Shown piece after piece: positions 21,163 to 32,289 of a DNA stretch of 64,000 bases. A program made the position numbers and the translations under genes. Under the pieces are notes generated by a model, which saw only the letters and a program-made list of their open reading frames with translations, searched no databases and was not told where the DNA came from. This DNA is from a virus. The stretch lies in the IMG/VR virus record IMGVR_UViG_3300023178_000017, positions 41,280 through 105,279 of that record; one strand, given 5' to 3'. Every line of letters begins with the position of its first letter. The first letter of the stretch is position 1.

Positions 21163-22686
21163 TTACATTTCAATGATCAGTTTGATATCTTCAATCTGAT
21201 CGGCTGCCCTTGACACAGGACCTCTATTCTCAACATAGAGAATATCACCAGTAAATCTTCTCATCTCTGGATGATCTGCATCTACACCAGCGGCATTCAC
21301 TGAAGTTACAATTGAACCAGAAGCATTGATGTAAATATCATCATTGTTTTGGAACAATATAAACTCACCACCGCCATTTGCTATCGGTTGATAACTTATA
21401 ATATTACCTGACTTAGATACAACTCTACCAACTGCTGTTGATGCGTTGTTTGTTGTACTATCTGTTATAATATCATCTACTGATATACCTGAAGCACTAC
21501 CAACTGTAATTCTATTTGTTACAGTCATTGTTGATAGTGTTGAAATAGCACCGTCTGAGTCTTGTAAAGGATTTTTAATTAGACCAATTTGTCTAAAATC
21601 GTTGTCTGTTGGGAAATCACCTGAGCCTTCGCCAAACTCTAATCTTGAGTTTACTACTACGAAGTTACCGCCTAGTTCGTCAACTGGATTTGCACCATGA
21701 CCACCAATTGGTGACATTACAACGTGAACTTCTGCACCTGAACCTGATGCTATAGGTGTAGCAGCTGAGTCATCTACGATGTTTGCATCGATAGTATCTA
21801 ATGATGCACGTCTGTAACCTGAACCGTATGATGATGAATCTTTAAAATATGCATCTACTAATTCACCTGAGTCAAATGATAATGTTACAACAGCACCTGA
21901 ACCGTCACCTTGGACTGGAATGTCACATGTGAATGTACTTGAACCTCCACTTGTCGCAGTATAACCTGAACCAGCAGATTTAACAATATATCTAAACACT
22001 GCACCGTCAACCGCATCGTTTTCTACATCCCATTGAGCAGAACCGTCATCGGTTGCTGATGAACCGAATCCACCGTTTGTACCGATACCAGCAATTCCTG
22101 ATTTAGCACCGAGAGTCTTTACAGGAATAAAATCGTTAGTTACAAATTTAATAACATCTGAGGCAGTAATTTGATACATAAATTTCCACATATATCCGTC
22201 TGAGGTAGTTTCAGGATCAGTGGTACTAACTGAAGTTGGTTGGTCTGTTGAATTAACAGGATTTACACCGCTATAAGGTGTTTTTAAACACTTATAGACT
22301 TTATATTCGTCTGTAATTATATAACCCTTACCATCAAACCAGTTCACTATTGAACCGTCTGAACTTGAAGGTACTGCTGTACCTACACCGTAATCGTCTC
22401 TATACTCGTCATATACTGTACCTGATGTCCAGTCATATCTTACAAGTCCGTGTGATACATCACCTGAAGAAACTTGTTTAAGAGCAATCATATTTGATTG
22501 TGCTCCTAATATTTCCTCTACTGAATTGTTTGGACTTGGTGGGTTATTATCGTCAATTGATGAATCATCAGCATCTACCCATGCGTGTGATCTACCAATG
22601 AATATGTAATTTTTAGAATCGCTGAAATCTGCAACAAATTCTTTTGCATTGTGCGTTCTAAAATTCTCTAAAATTATTGCTGCCAT
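21163..22686 (-). CDS. gp8: Baseplate wedge subunit gp8
   Basis: RYDWTSGTVYDEY, VYKCL, DGYMWKFMY, C-terminal RAADQIEDIKLIIEM. Confidence 0.9.
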   Translation of the reverse strand: MAAIILENFRTHNAKEFVADFSDSKNYIFIGRSHAWVDADDSSIDDNNPPSPNNSVEEILGAQSNMIALKQVSSGDVSHGLVRYDWTSGTVYDEYRDDYGVGTAVPSSSDGSIVNWFDGKGYIITDEYKVYKCLKTPYSGVNPVNSTDQPTSVSTTDPETTSDGYMWKFMYQITASDVIKFVTNDFIPVKTLGAKSGIAGIGTNGGFGSSATDDGSAQWDVENDAVDGAVFRYIVKSAGSGYTATSGGSSTFTCDIPVQGDGSGAVVTLSFDSGELVDAYFKDSSSYGSGYRRASLDTIDANIVDDSAATPIASGSGAEVHVVMSPIGGHGANPVDELGGNFVVVNSRLEFGEGSGDFPTDNDFRQIGLIKNPLQDSDGAISTLSTMTVTNRITVGSASGISVDDIITDSTTNNASTAVGRVVSKSGNIISYQPIANGGGEFILFQNNDDIYINASGSIVTSVNAAGVDADHPEMRRFTGDILYVENRGPVSRAADQIEDIKLIIEM

Positions 22687-22705
22687 TTTTTTGTAACTCC
22701 TCGGT

Positions 22706-22724
22706 TATTTATAAACTATTTATA
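22706..22724 (-). promoter_or_regulatory. Tandem T4-type late promoters
   Basis: TATAAATA at 22706-22713 and 22717-22724, upstream of gp8. Confidence 0.7.
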
Positions 22725-25700
22725 ATGCTGCTAGGGTTGAATTGGTAACTTTTGATGAAGAAACATAGGTAGAATGAGCTATATTAGTTCGTCTGTTCGC
22801 ATATAGAGGTAATTCTGCTATATACATTAACCCTAATAGGTTATCTAACTGACTAATTCTTAGTCCTTCACTCTCGCTAGTTTCATCCAACATGAAACCT
22901 CCGCCACTTTCTAAAAGTATTCTATCACCAAAGTCTGGTTCTGTATTGATATTGTTTACAATATTTGATGCGTTGCCAGATTCTTGGTGGATATGATATG
23001 CTATCTTATAAGTTTGTTGATACGCAATCTTATTTAGTGATCTAAATGTAGACCCTATAGGAGCAAAACTATGTAAGTTACTACCTGAACCTAATCTTTC
23101 GTCTGTTATTGGATTGCCATCTTCAAAAATCATTCTATCACCATTTTCCATATAGAAGTATGGTTCGTACATTTCTGCCGATCTTTCAGTTACGAAATAC
23201 TCTGGCATTTCTGGTACAGTTTCATCTTCTAATTCAACTACTAAACCACTTATGTCTTCATAACCACTTGTTGCTGGGTTGTATGAATCAGGATCATTAG
23301 GGTCACTTAATTCGTAAATCTTTGCATGATCTTCAAATACGATTCTTGGACCAACCTCATCTCTGTTTTGTGGTTCATGGTTTAGATAGTTTCTTGGTTC
23401 TTCACTTCTAAAGAGATTGCCGTCTTCTAATGCTATTCTTTCATCTAAGAACTCTGCAAATTGGAACACTGTACCTTGATCTGAAGGTCTAGCACCAATT
23501 GGTGACACCGCATCTTCTTTAGTCATAATCAGATAGTCTCTATCAGTGTTGTATAAGTTCAATACTGATACTACGCCATCTAATCTTGGTGATCTTTGAT
23601 TTGATATTGTTATTTCTTCTGCAACTGGATCATGTGATATATTTTGATATTGTTTCTGTGATACAGGATCAATTGCTGAAATACCACTGTACCTCGATCT
23701 AAGTTTAGACTTAAGTACAGCACTAATTAATGTTCTTACTGAGTTTATATTTAAATGTCTGTTTCTATGTGACGAATCTCCATACTCAGTTAATGGTTCT
23801 GTGATTGCGCCGTCTGTTCTTGGGTCTGTACCTGTTGTAGGTATGCCCGCTTCATCTAAGTTGATTTGCATTGCTAAATCTTCTAACTCAGATGCTGTAG
23901 TATGGAATAATACTAATGTTTCTTTCTTAGTAGATGCTTTAGCCTCGAATGCCTGTTCATTTTCAATATAGTAACCATCTTCTGTTAATATTTTGAACTT
24001 TCTTTGTTTTACATTGATAAGATTAGGGTCTTGACCTGTATCTAAGTAACCTAGTGTTGCATCATCTGGATCTGCATCTTCTAATAATAAATGTTCTGAA
24101 GCATAAGTTGTAAGTAGTATAGTTGGTACGAATGTTGTATTCTGAATACCAAGTGTGTTTTTAGGATCGACTGTAAATCTTCCGTCTCTATCGTCTTGTA
24201 CGATGTATCTATCAAGTGCAACTTCACCAAAGAAAATGTGACCAGATGGATGGACTAAATCTTTAACTGCCGATCTATACGCATTGATTGATTCACCAAC
24301 TTTAATCACATATGAATGTGATTGATAGAATAGACCATCGTGTATGTTAGTTGTATCGCTAGATACATAACCTTTATTGCCGAAGAAGTTATCGTTTATT
24401 ACACCTTCACCAGCATATTCACCTCTTGCTTCGTATGGGTCATATCTCAATACTTCAAAGTATTGTCCGTTTGCATAATCAATAAATTCGTTTTCAGCAA
24501 ATGTACCACTTACATTTGTAAACTTAAGTAAATTTCTTTGTTCATCAAATGATATTACCTCACCTGTTGCACCAGATTTTCTGCCAGTAAACGTTACACC
24601 TTTTGTTAAATCAGCTACAGCAGTTGGATTACCAATCAACATATTGTAATATGAATCACCGCCTAAAACTGCATGTTCATCAAAGTTATAACCTTGTGAT
24701 GTGATTCTGATCTTGCCAACACCACCGACCTTAGATGACCAAGCAAATAGACTTGCACCTTCACCTGCTGTGACTGTTGATTGTTTAATTGTGCCTTCTG
24801 TACCAGAAGAAGAACCTGTTATGATATCTGAAGTTACAAAGTGACCTATATTAGATTCAGTCTTTTTAATTACAAGTCTTTTGTTCTTTGAATCAATACG
24901 TGATATAACACCGTTTGCAGTAGCAGCCTGATTGGTTACAGTTTCACCAACTGTAAAACTATCGTAGTTATCTACATAAATGTAACCACCTGGAAATACT
25001 CTAGGTAGTGTTTGATATCCTGTACCACCTGAAGTAATTGCTATTCTTCTAATTCTCTGATCATTATCTGGATTATTACCATCTTCGATCATGACAACTG
25101 AACCATTGACGCCAGTTGTTGTTTGTTCTAAAGTAACTCTAGTAAACTCTGATATTAATTCAACTCTTTCACCACCAGCAGGTGTTGGTGATGTGTCAAA
25201 TACCACTCTATCTAAAAAAATTGTATAGTTTTGTCTGCTCTGTTCTATACCATCTACAAACACTTTAACTTGTAGACCATTCAGTGCGATAGGTTTATTA
25301 TTTAAATCTCTTGCACCTAAACCACCAAATGTAGTTTGACCAGCAGTTGCAGTAAATTCGTACTGATCAAATGCTGTAGCGTTTTCTAAAATAAGTTCGT
25401 CACCAGTAGCAGCTATTATCGCTTCTGCACCAGCACCCTCTGTACCTGCTTCTTCAAATACAATAATATCGTTTGCTGAATAACCTGTACCTGCATTTTC
25501 AATGTATATGTGTTCTATTGGACCTCTAGTCAATTCTGATACAGTTGCTACTGCATCTATTTCACTAGCATCTACTTTTGAACCTGTGAATCTAATTTGA
25601 TCGTTTAGATCATACATTGATCCAACTCTTGCACGTTCAAATAATAACCCACCGCCCATCTCTGATTCGGTATTTGGGTTACTTTCTGTATAACCAGAAG

Positions 25701-26805
25701 AGGCATTTCCTGATTCGTATCTTAAACTACCTGAATTGTCTTCTAATTGAAAATAAGTGCCTGAGTCATCTTTTTTGACTTGAGATATGATACCTGTTAA
25801 AGTACCTGTATAAATTGTGACACCATCTCTATCTACAAGTTTAACTTGTTTGTTTGGTTGAAATGTGCCTCTGTGTGTTCTGGAAATTGTAAGTTGATAC
25901 TGTCTGTCTATTTCAGATATAATACCAACCTTTTCAACGATTGCTTCAGCAACTACTAAAGTTGCATCATCATCGCTGTATTGTAATATTTTGTCAGTCT
26001 CTTTTGGCACTTGGCCAACTGACATGATGACATTACATTGTCTTTCTTCTTCGTACTCTGACTCTGAAGCAAAGAATGTTTCTTCTATAGGATATCTAAC
26101 AGAAGAAGATTCACCATATAGAATTCTCATTAAGAATTGTATGGACTTTTCAGTACCTTTCTCTTTGTATAAAGTACCTATGTTCTTTAATGTAAGTCTA
26201 GGATTTTGTGTGTCTCTCAGATTAAGAGACGGTATAAAATCTTTTTGAAAGTATTTTAAAAATGTTTCTAATGTTCTATCAATATCAGAATAGTCTAGTA
26301 ATCTATTTGATGCGACAATACTATTTTCTTTGTATGTTTTAACAACACCTGTTTGATTGCCTGATCTACCAACAATAGTTTCACCTACTGTGAAACCATT
26401 TCCTGATATTGTATCAACTAAAAATGTTTTATCATTTATAACTCTAATCTTAGCGATTGAACCACTAGATTGACCATAAATGTATTCATCTTTAGTAAAA
26501 GGGTCTGATTGAATATCAGACAATGATGAGGCGTTGAGAAGTATCTTTGATGAGTCTGCTTCTGGATTGCCTGCAAAAGTATTCTTTTCAAAAAGGATGG
26601 CACCCCTTTCTTTCTGAGTGCCGTCCTCTAATCGAATGCCGTCTAGTGCTTGAATACTATCAAGCACTAGAATTTCGGACTCTAAGTACTCAAAATACGC
26701 CTCTAAAAAACTTTCAAATACAGGTGCATCTTCTCTTAAATGATCTGGTAAGAGAGATGGTAACCTCGTTGATAGTCTGTCATAGACGTGATTTTGATGA
26801 GACAT
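22720..26805 (-). CDS. gp7: Baseplate wedge initiator gp7-like
   Basis: FLEAYFEYLE, YKEKGT..SIQFLMRILYG, YQSHSYVIK..VHPSG; lies between gp6 and gp8. Confidence 0.8.
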   Translation of the reverse strand: MSHQNHVYDRLSTRLPSLLPDHLREDAPVFESFLEAYFEYLESEILVLDSIQALDGIRLEDGTQKERGAILFEKNTFAGNPEADSSKILLNASSLSDIQSDPFTKDEYIYGQSSGSIAKIRVINDKTFLVDTISGNGFTVGETIVGRSGNQTGVVKTYKENSIVASNRLLDYSDIDRTLETFLKYFQKDFIPSLNLRDTQNPRLTLKNIGTLYKEKGTEKSIQFLMRILYGESSSVRYPIEETFFASESEYEEERQCNVIMSVGQVPKETDKILQYSDDDATLVVAEAIVEKVGIISEIDRQYQLTISRTHRGTFQPNKQVKLVDRDGVTIYTGTLTGIISQVKKDDSGTYFQLEDNSGSLRYESGNASSGYTESNPNTESEMGGGLLFERARVGSMYDLNDQIRFTGSKVDASEIDAVATVSELTRGPIEHIYIENAGTGYSANDIIVFEEAGTEGAGAEAIIAATGDELILENATAFDQYEFTATAGQTTFGGLGARDLNNKPIALNGLQVKVFVDGIEQSRQNYTIFLDRVVFDTSPTPAGGERVELISEFTRVTLEQTTTGVNGSVVMIEDGNNPDNDQRIRRIAITSGGTGYQTLPRVFPGGYIYVDNYDSFTVGETVTNQAATANGVISRIDSKNKRLVIKKTESNIGHFVTSDIITGSSSGTEGTIKQSTVTAGEGASLFAWSSKVGGVGKIRITSQGYNFDEHAVLGGDSYYNMLIGNPTAVADLTKGVTFTGRKSGATGEVISFDEQRNLLKFTNVSGTFAENEFIDYANGQYFEVLRYDPYEARGEYAGEGVINDNFFGNKGYVSSDTTNIHDGLFYQSHSYVIKVGESINAYRSAVKDLVHPSGHIFFGEVALDRYIVQDDRDGRFTVDPKNTLGIQNTTFVPTILLTTYASEHLLLEDADPDDATLGYLDTGQDPNLINVKQRKFKILTEDGYYIENEQAFEAKASTKKETLVLFHTTASELEDLAMQINLDEAGIPTTGTDPRTDGAITEPLTEYGDSSHRNRHLNINSVRTLISAVLKSKLRSRYSGISAIDPVSQKQYQNISHDPVAEEITISNQRSPRLDGVVSVLNLYNTDRDYLIMTKEDAVSPIGARPSDQGTVFQFAEFLDERIALEDGNLFRSEEPRNYLNHEPQNRDEVGPRIVFEDHAKIYELSDPNDPDSYNPATSGYEDISGLVVELEDETVPEMPEYFVTERSAEMYEPYFYMENGDRMIFEDGNPITDERLGSGSNLHSFAPIGSTFRSLNKIAYQQTYKIAYHIHQESGNASNIVNNINTEPDFGDRILLESGGGFMLDETSESEGLRISQLDNLLGLMYIAELPLYANRRTNIAHSTYVSSSKVTNSTLAAL

Positions 26806-26807
26806 AA

Positions 26808-27290
26808 TTAGCTAACTGTTACTGTGCCTCTACCGCCAGATGCTAGATGGTACCATAACGAACCAATACCAATTAAAACAACTGAAGTATCAGATTCTAA
26901 TGAAACTGAATCAGTAGTTGTACCAGTATTCCAACCTGTTGCGTTAACGTTTAAGTCTTGAGCAACGTTGTCATCTTTTCTGACAATAATTTTAAGTTGA
27001 CCTTCATGTGAAGGAGCATCTAAAGTCATAGAAACTGCTGTACCACCACCGTAACCAGTGAAGTCAACAATTGATACTGCTTCTGATGCTTCAATCTCTG
27101 TTGAAGATTCATCCAATGTTTCAACATCGTTAAATGCTAAAAATGATGGAACATTATTGAATAACCTTTTTAAGGTCATGTTCTTGTTTATAGGTGTTCC
27201 TGAAGGATCGTCAACGATGTGAAGTAAATCACCTTCGTTAATTTGTGCTTCACCTATTAAACTAAGCGCTGTTATTTTTTTATCTGCCAT
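26808..27290 (-). CDS. Hypothetical virion protein
   Basis: MADKKITAL start; strong AGGAGG RBS. Confidence 0.65.
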   Translation of the reverse strand: MADKKITALSLIGEAQINEGDLLHIVDDPSGTPINKNMTLKRLFNNVPSFLAFNDVETLDESSTEIEASEAVSIVDFTGYGGGTAVSMTLDAPSHEGQLKIIVRKDDNVAQDLNVNATGWNTGTTTDSVSLESDTSVVLIGIGSLWYHLASGGRGTVTVS

Positions 27291-27361
27291 TCTCTTTTCC
27301 TCCTATAATCCAATTGAATGGGAAACTACTCACGGTAAATTCCGTGACCACTTTATGCATA

Positions 27362-29233
27362 TTAATAATTTGTGTTGGATGTAGAAGTGTATCCTACACC
27401 AGCACTACTCTCACCACTTGCGATGGTGTCTACTTCGCCGTCTACGTTTATATCATCGACACTGATATCAATTAGAGAACCTCTAACTGCAACAACATCG
27501 TTGCTAGAAGGTAGAACTGTGAAGTCGATTGAGGTATCACTATTGGTTGTACCAGTGATAGTGATGGCATCAATCGTAATCTTTCCTGTACCATAATCTA
27601 TGGTACCTGCCTCGTAATCTTTTATAGTTCTAACACCAGAAGCTAAAACATATCTTCTGATCTTACCTGATCCGTCATCATCAAAGAAATGATCGTTGAC
27701 TGAATCGCCTTGTACTTTGAAACCAGATGATACTAAAATACCACCACCTGCTTTATTGTGTCCGTCATGAGGATGGTAGAAACCATTTCCAAATTTAATT
27801 TCTAATCCTTTTTGTTTGTTTAATTCTACCTTTTGAGATTTTCTCAATCTAATGTTTGTTGAGTTAGATAGAATCGATCCCTCTGATTCATCAATTGCTT
27901 TGACTAATTTTGAATGTCTAAAGATTGAATCAAAGTTACTTAAATTTGTATTGTCGAAATTTACGATAGCAGCTCTAACTACTGATTTCATTTCTCCAAT
28001 TGAGAGTTGAGTAGCACGTGAATCGTATTTAAATACAGTTGTTACCAGAATCTTAACAATGTCTGCATCAACAATTACTGGTTTAACTGTAACCATGTTT
28101 AATGCATTTAGTTTTTTGATAACATCTGCTTTTTCAAACTCAGACAAATAATCTGAGTTTTGTGGTTTAAGTGACAAGAAGACTTTACCATAATCAGGTG
28201 GATCGTTATCTTCACCACCCCAAACTGCAACTGCATCGGCGTTTGGATAGTATTCACTTACTTTTGCTTTATAGTCGTTCAATGTGACCAATCTGTTTTG
28301 TGATGTGTAGAATTTTGTTGCTTTAAATTTAATAGAATCTATTGATTCTTTTTCAGCACCACCTGTTGCTTCAGTTACAGTTGTAACAGTAGCACTTATA
28401 AAACCATTGATTGGTTGTGTAAGTGTAAATCTTTTGGCACCCTCAGCATGTTCTAAATCAACTACTACATAAACTGCATTGATGATATCACCATCTAATA
28501 GTTGATTACCAAGAACACCATCACCAAAATAAAACTCTACAAATCCTTCTTCGTTTTCTTGTGTATAAAAAACTTTAGATGATGAAGATATCGTAGAAAT
28601 ACTTTTAGCATCTACATACGTTTCTTCAACACCGTTTGAAATAACAGTGACTACTAATTTACTTTTATCAACTCTTTCATTTGATAAAACAAACTTTGAG
28701 TTTTTAATTTGTGAATCAAAAACAAATTGATCTGTTACGTATTGACCTTGAACAAGTTCTATATTATTCCAATTGAAACTTTTATTTGATCTTGTAGGAG
28801 TGATTGATGATGTGCAAACAAAATTGTATGCTACATTGTCATAGATAGTTGTGAATTGTTGACCTCTTGATAATGTCATATCGCTTGGTGTAGGGATTGT
28901 ACCATCTGCGTTAACAACATTATCCATTTGCATATTGACATAAGCAGCTGATGCCTTCTCAGATGCAGGTACAAAACCTAAATCTTTAGCACGTGATACA
29001 ACGTTCTTTCTCAGTTGTGCTGAATCTAAGAACATTTCTGAAGCTGCTATGTTTGTATTGATTGCACCGATGTGAGATGCATATGCTAACATGTCAATAA
29101 GAACTGACATGGTCGAACCTTCGAAGTTATAGTCTTTGAATAACTCTTGTCCTTTTAAATATGATTTAATATTACTTACGATATCATCAAAATCTTGATC
29201 TGTTGTATTAATTTGTGAACTCTTTACTGCCAT
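27362..29233 (-). CDS. gp6: Baseplate wedge subunit gp6
   Basis: DFDDI..YL...F.DYNFEGS, FLDSAQLR, QNRLVT..DY, WGGEDNDPPDYGKVF. Confidence 0.92.
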   Translation of the reverse strand: MAVKSSQINTTDQDFDDIVSNIKSYLKGQELFKDYNFEGSTMSVLIDMLAYASHIGAINTNIAASEMFLDSAQLRKNVVSRAKDLGFVPASEKASAAYVNMQMDNVVNADGTIPTPSDMTLSRGQQFTTIYDNVAYNFVCTSSITPTRSNKSFNWNNIELVQGQYVTDQFVFDSQIKNSKFVLSNERVDKSKLVVTVISNGVEETYVDAKSISTISSSSKVFYTQENEEGFVEFYFGDGVLGNQLLDGDIINAVYVVVDLEHAEGAKRFTLTQPINGFISATVTTVTEATGGAEKESIDSIKFKATKFYTSQNRLVTLNDYKAKVSEYYPNADAVAVWGGEDNDPPDYGKVFLSLKPQNSDYLSEFEKADVIKKLNALNMVTVKPVIVDADIVKILVTTVFKYDSRATQLSIGEMKSVVRAAIVNFDNTNLSNFDSIFRHSKLVKAIDESEGSILSNSTNIRLRKSQKVELNKQKGLEIKFGNGFYHPHDGHNKAGGGILVSSGFKVQGDSVNDHFFDDDGSGKIRRYVLASGVRTIKDYEAGTIDYGTGKITIDAITITGTTNSDTSIDFTVLPSSNDVVAVRGSLIDISVDDINVDGEVDTIASGESSAGVGYTSTSNTNY

Positions 29234-29652
29234 TACCTTACCCTACTTACGGTTAATTCTATGTTTTGTGCTCTTGATGCATTTCTGATTGTATAAAAAA
29301 TTCTAACATTCATCTCATTAGTATCTTCATCATTCAATCCAATTTTAACGTTGTAGACTCTTGGTTCGTACAACTCAATCATTTCTGCTAATCTTTTAGC
29401 AAATTTTTCTTTTGATCTCTCAGTACGCAACTCAAATAGTTGATCTCTAAGAGAGGCACCAAAGTTTGGTTTAAAAGGTCTTTCAAATTTATTTGTTAAG
29501 ACTATGTTACGGACCGATCTTTTAATTGCATCTGTATCTTTTTTAGTCATTATATCACCAGTAATTGGGTGAGCAACAAAAAGAGCATCAAGATCAGAAT
29601 ATGATTCTTTTACTGCATTAACTTTGGCATTTGGTTTTAGATACTCGGTCAT
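29233..29652 (-). CDS. gp25: Baseplate wedge / sheath initiator gp25
   Basis: AIKRSVRNIVLT...ERPF.PNFG, YEPRV. Confidence 0.9.
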   Translation of the reverse strand: MTEYLKPNAKVNAVKESYSDLDALFVAHPITGDIMTKKDTDAIKRSVRNIVLTNKFERPFKPNFGASLRDQLFELRTERSKEKFAKRLAEMIELYEPRVYNVKIGLNDEDTNEMNVRIFYTIRNASRAQNIELTVSRVR

Positions 29653-29657
29653 CTAAC

Positions 29658-29665
29658 TATTTATA
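29658..29665 (-). promoter_or_regulatory. T4-type late promoter TATAAATA
   Basis: Exact consensus just upstream of gp25. Confidence 0.75.
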
Positions 29666-29680
29666 CATTTCCTTTAGTGA

Positions 29681-31243
29681 TTATGTTGATACGATTGAAA
29701 TTAATCCTCTATTTGGTGCTGTGTCGAAAATCACCAGTCTCAAAAGTGCATTTATTGAGTAATCTTCTGGTTCAACTATCTTGCCACTCACATATACTGA
29801 GAGATCGTTTACACTTACATCACTAGGTATACTAAATTCTGTTTGTCCTGAAGATGCAAATTCCTTATTAGTTGCTACTGCGTATACAGTCTTGCCTTCT
29901 CCAGCAGGACTATCAAGTGTGATAGATCCATCTTCATTTTCAGTAAAGTTTGATGTTCTCTGACCATCAACTAAAACGTATTTGTTTCCACCTGTGCCTT
30001 CTGGTGTAAACGTAGTCTGCGACCCATTTGATTTTAACAATCCACCAGTCAATGCTAAAAGACTAGCATCTTTGATTGTTTCTGGATGAATAGGTTTTGG
30101 TAAAGTCGCATTACTTATGTTGATTGCAAAAGGGAATCCTATTAGATTGAGTAAATCACAAAATGTAAATGTTAAGAATTCAAAGATTTTTCCTAGACCG
30201 ATTGCATCAAAGAACTTCTTCACAATCTTTACCCATTCCATTAATAACTTCTTCTGCCAATTTTGTTTGAAGTCTTCTAATGCTAGTTTGAACTCCATAA
30301 TTTTCTCTTCTAAAGATGCAACATTCTCATCAATAAACCCACCAATAATACTTCTAACATTAAAACCGAAAAGACTAATATCTTCGATAGCACTTAATAT
30401 GTCTGCATTAATTCTTGCTAACTCTTCTTCGAGTTTTTCTCTTGCTTCGCCTACTGCATTTTGGACTTTCTCTACTAACTTGTCTCTTTTTTCTCTTAGT
30501 TTTGCAATTGCTTTTTCAATCTCAGCACCCACATCTAAAGTAAACAATGCAATTAGATTAGGCAGTCCAAGTAAATCCCATATTTCATCGAACATGTCAA
30601 TCAACTTACCAAAGATACTATGTAAACCGTTTGTTAGTAGTTCTTGTATTTTAGTTTTGATATACTGCCATGTCATCTTTGCTTTCCACTCATTACATAA
30701 CACACCAAAGTCTGCTTTGAATCCTTGAAACTCTTCGGCAACCTGTGCAAAAAACTTATCAACATCTTCTGCAATTTGAGTCTTGATTCTGAGTTGTTCT
30801 TCTTTAGTAAATATCTTTAGAAGATTGATTTCGATGCCAAGAACAGTTATATTAAAATCAAAAGGAATAAGTTTTGAGATAATTTCCATTATCTTCGTTG
30901 GAACATAGAGATGTAATTCCTGTAAGAGTTCAGTGATGGCATCTTTTGCTTCTTTTTGCCAATTACGAATAGTGCCTTTTTGCCAATACGGAGATAGTAT
31001 GTCTGCTATCTTTTCCATGAACTCAGAGATTTCATCTGATATTTTTTGTAATTCTTTTGCTACGTCTTCTGTTATCTCATCTTTCTTTTCCACTAAAAAA
31101 GATTTAATTTCACTTGGTATTTGTGCAATCTTATTGATTGCATTGAGTAACTCTTCTTTTGTAGGAAGATTAAAGATATCACCTGGTGGGCATGGAAATG
31201 CCGAGGGGATTTGTGGTACATCATATGTTGGTGCTGTAGTCAT
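29681..31243 (-). CDS. Hypothetical protein: amphipathic helical region plus C-terminal beta domain
   Basis: 520 aa ORF translationally coupled to gp5 (TAATG overlap). Confidence 0.7.
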   Translation of the reverse strand: MTTAPTYDVPQIPSAFPCPPGDIFNLPTKEELLNAINKIAQIPSEIKSFLVEKKDEITEDVAKELQKISDEISEFMEKIADILSPYWQKGTIRNWQKEAKDAITELLQELHLYVPTKIMEIISKLIPFDFNITVLGIEINLLKIFTKEEQLRIKTQIAEDVDKFFAQVAEEFQGFKADFGVLCNEWKAKMTWQYIKTKIQELLTNGLHSIFGKLIDMFDEIWDLLGLPNLIALFTLDVGAEIEKAIAKLREKRDKLVEKVQNAVGEAREKLEEELARINADILSAIEDISLFGFNVRSIIGGFIDENVASLEEKIMEFKLALEDFKQNWQKKLLMEWVKIVKKFFDAIGLGKIFEFLTFTFCDLLNLIGFPFAINISNATLPKPIHPETIKDASLLALTGGLLKSNGSQTTFTPEGTGGNKYVLVDGQRTSNFTENEDGSITLDSPAGEGKTVYAVATNKEFASSGQTEFSIPSDVSVNDLSVYVSGKIVEPEDYSINALLRLVIFDTAPNRGLISIVST

Positions 31244-32289
31244 TATGAATTAAGTTTAACAGTCTTACCATTTATGTCAACGAGAGGTGCGGTGATAGTC
31301 GTTGATATACTTGATGAGATTTTCATTGCTTTATCTGAATGTATGTCTGCTTTTCCATCAATATCAATTTTAGCATCACCACCGATATCGATGGTAGCAT
31401 CTCCTAAAATTTTAACATTACATTTACCGCCAATGTATACATTATCGTCTTTACATATGACCGTATAATTATCGTTGACAACTCTATGTACTTCTGTTCC
31501 GTCTTTGTGTATCTCGTAGAAAGTACCTGATCTATGTGAGACTGCTAATCTCTCACCACCCACTGAGTCATCCATTTCTATCATGTGACCTGATTCTGTG
31601 TGATGAACTTTATTAAAAGGATACAATGTCTTTGAACGATCTGGTTTAAAATCACCTAAATTTGGTAGATCATCAAATTGAGTATAGATTGCACCGCCCT
31701 TAGCAAATCTGTTAAGATCGGATTCATTTTCATAATCTTTGAGAGGATAATATGGTCTTGTACCATCAAACAATTCGCTATCAGATGATTCTTCTATTTT
31801 ACTTCCTTTACCTTTGTAATCTATCTCTAATGCTTTTGGTAATCTTGGAGAATGTTCGATCTTTAATGTTAGTTCGTTGCCTCTTGACGGCAATTCTGGT
31901 GGGTTTAGACCGTCTAATGTACCAGAGTAATCTGTTCTTCTAGGATCATTGAAGCCTTTGTCGACTGATCTATCTAACAATTCACCTGTGATAGTTTCTT
32001 TATAACCAGTCTGGTTAATACCCATGTTAACACCCATGACTACGAAGTCTTGCATGTCATCATCTCTAAACATACCAAACACGGTAGAACCTTCGACTAA
32101 TGAATGACCGTGACCAAAACCTGAAAATCCTATAGCAGTCGTTGGTAGAATAACTGTAGACCAAGGCAGATCGGCAGAAGCTAATTGAGTTTTGTTATCC
32201 GTATGTACACTATGTACACGAACTCTAACACGACCTATCTGTAATGGGTCGTTTCTATCTTCAACTATGCCGTAAAAAAATCTAATCAT
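31243..32289 (-). CDS. gp5: Baseplate central spike gp5 (OB fold + beta-helix, no lysozyme domain)
   Basis: G.VEDRNDPLQIGRVRVR, LPWS, YPFNKV..TESGH.IE.DD..GGER, HRSGTFYE. Confidence 0.9.
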   Translation of the reverse strand: MIRFFYGIVEDRNDPLQIGRVRVRVHSVHTDNKTQLASADLPWSTVILPTTAIGFSGFGHGHSLVEGSTVFGMFRDDDMQDFVVMGVNMGINQTGYKETITGELLDRSVDKGFNDPRRTDYSGTLDGLNPPELPSRGNELTLKIEHSPRLPKALEIDYKGKGSKIEESSDSELFDGTRPYYPLKDYENESDLNRFAKGGAIYTQFDDLPNLGDFKPDRSKTLYPFNKVHHTESGHMIEMDDSVGGERLAVSHRSGTFYEIHKDGTEVHRVVNDNYTVICKDDNVYIGGKCNVKILGDATIDIGGDAKIDIDGKADIHSDKAMKISSSISTTITAPLVDINGKTVKLNS

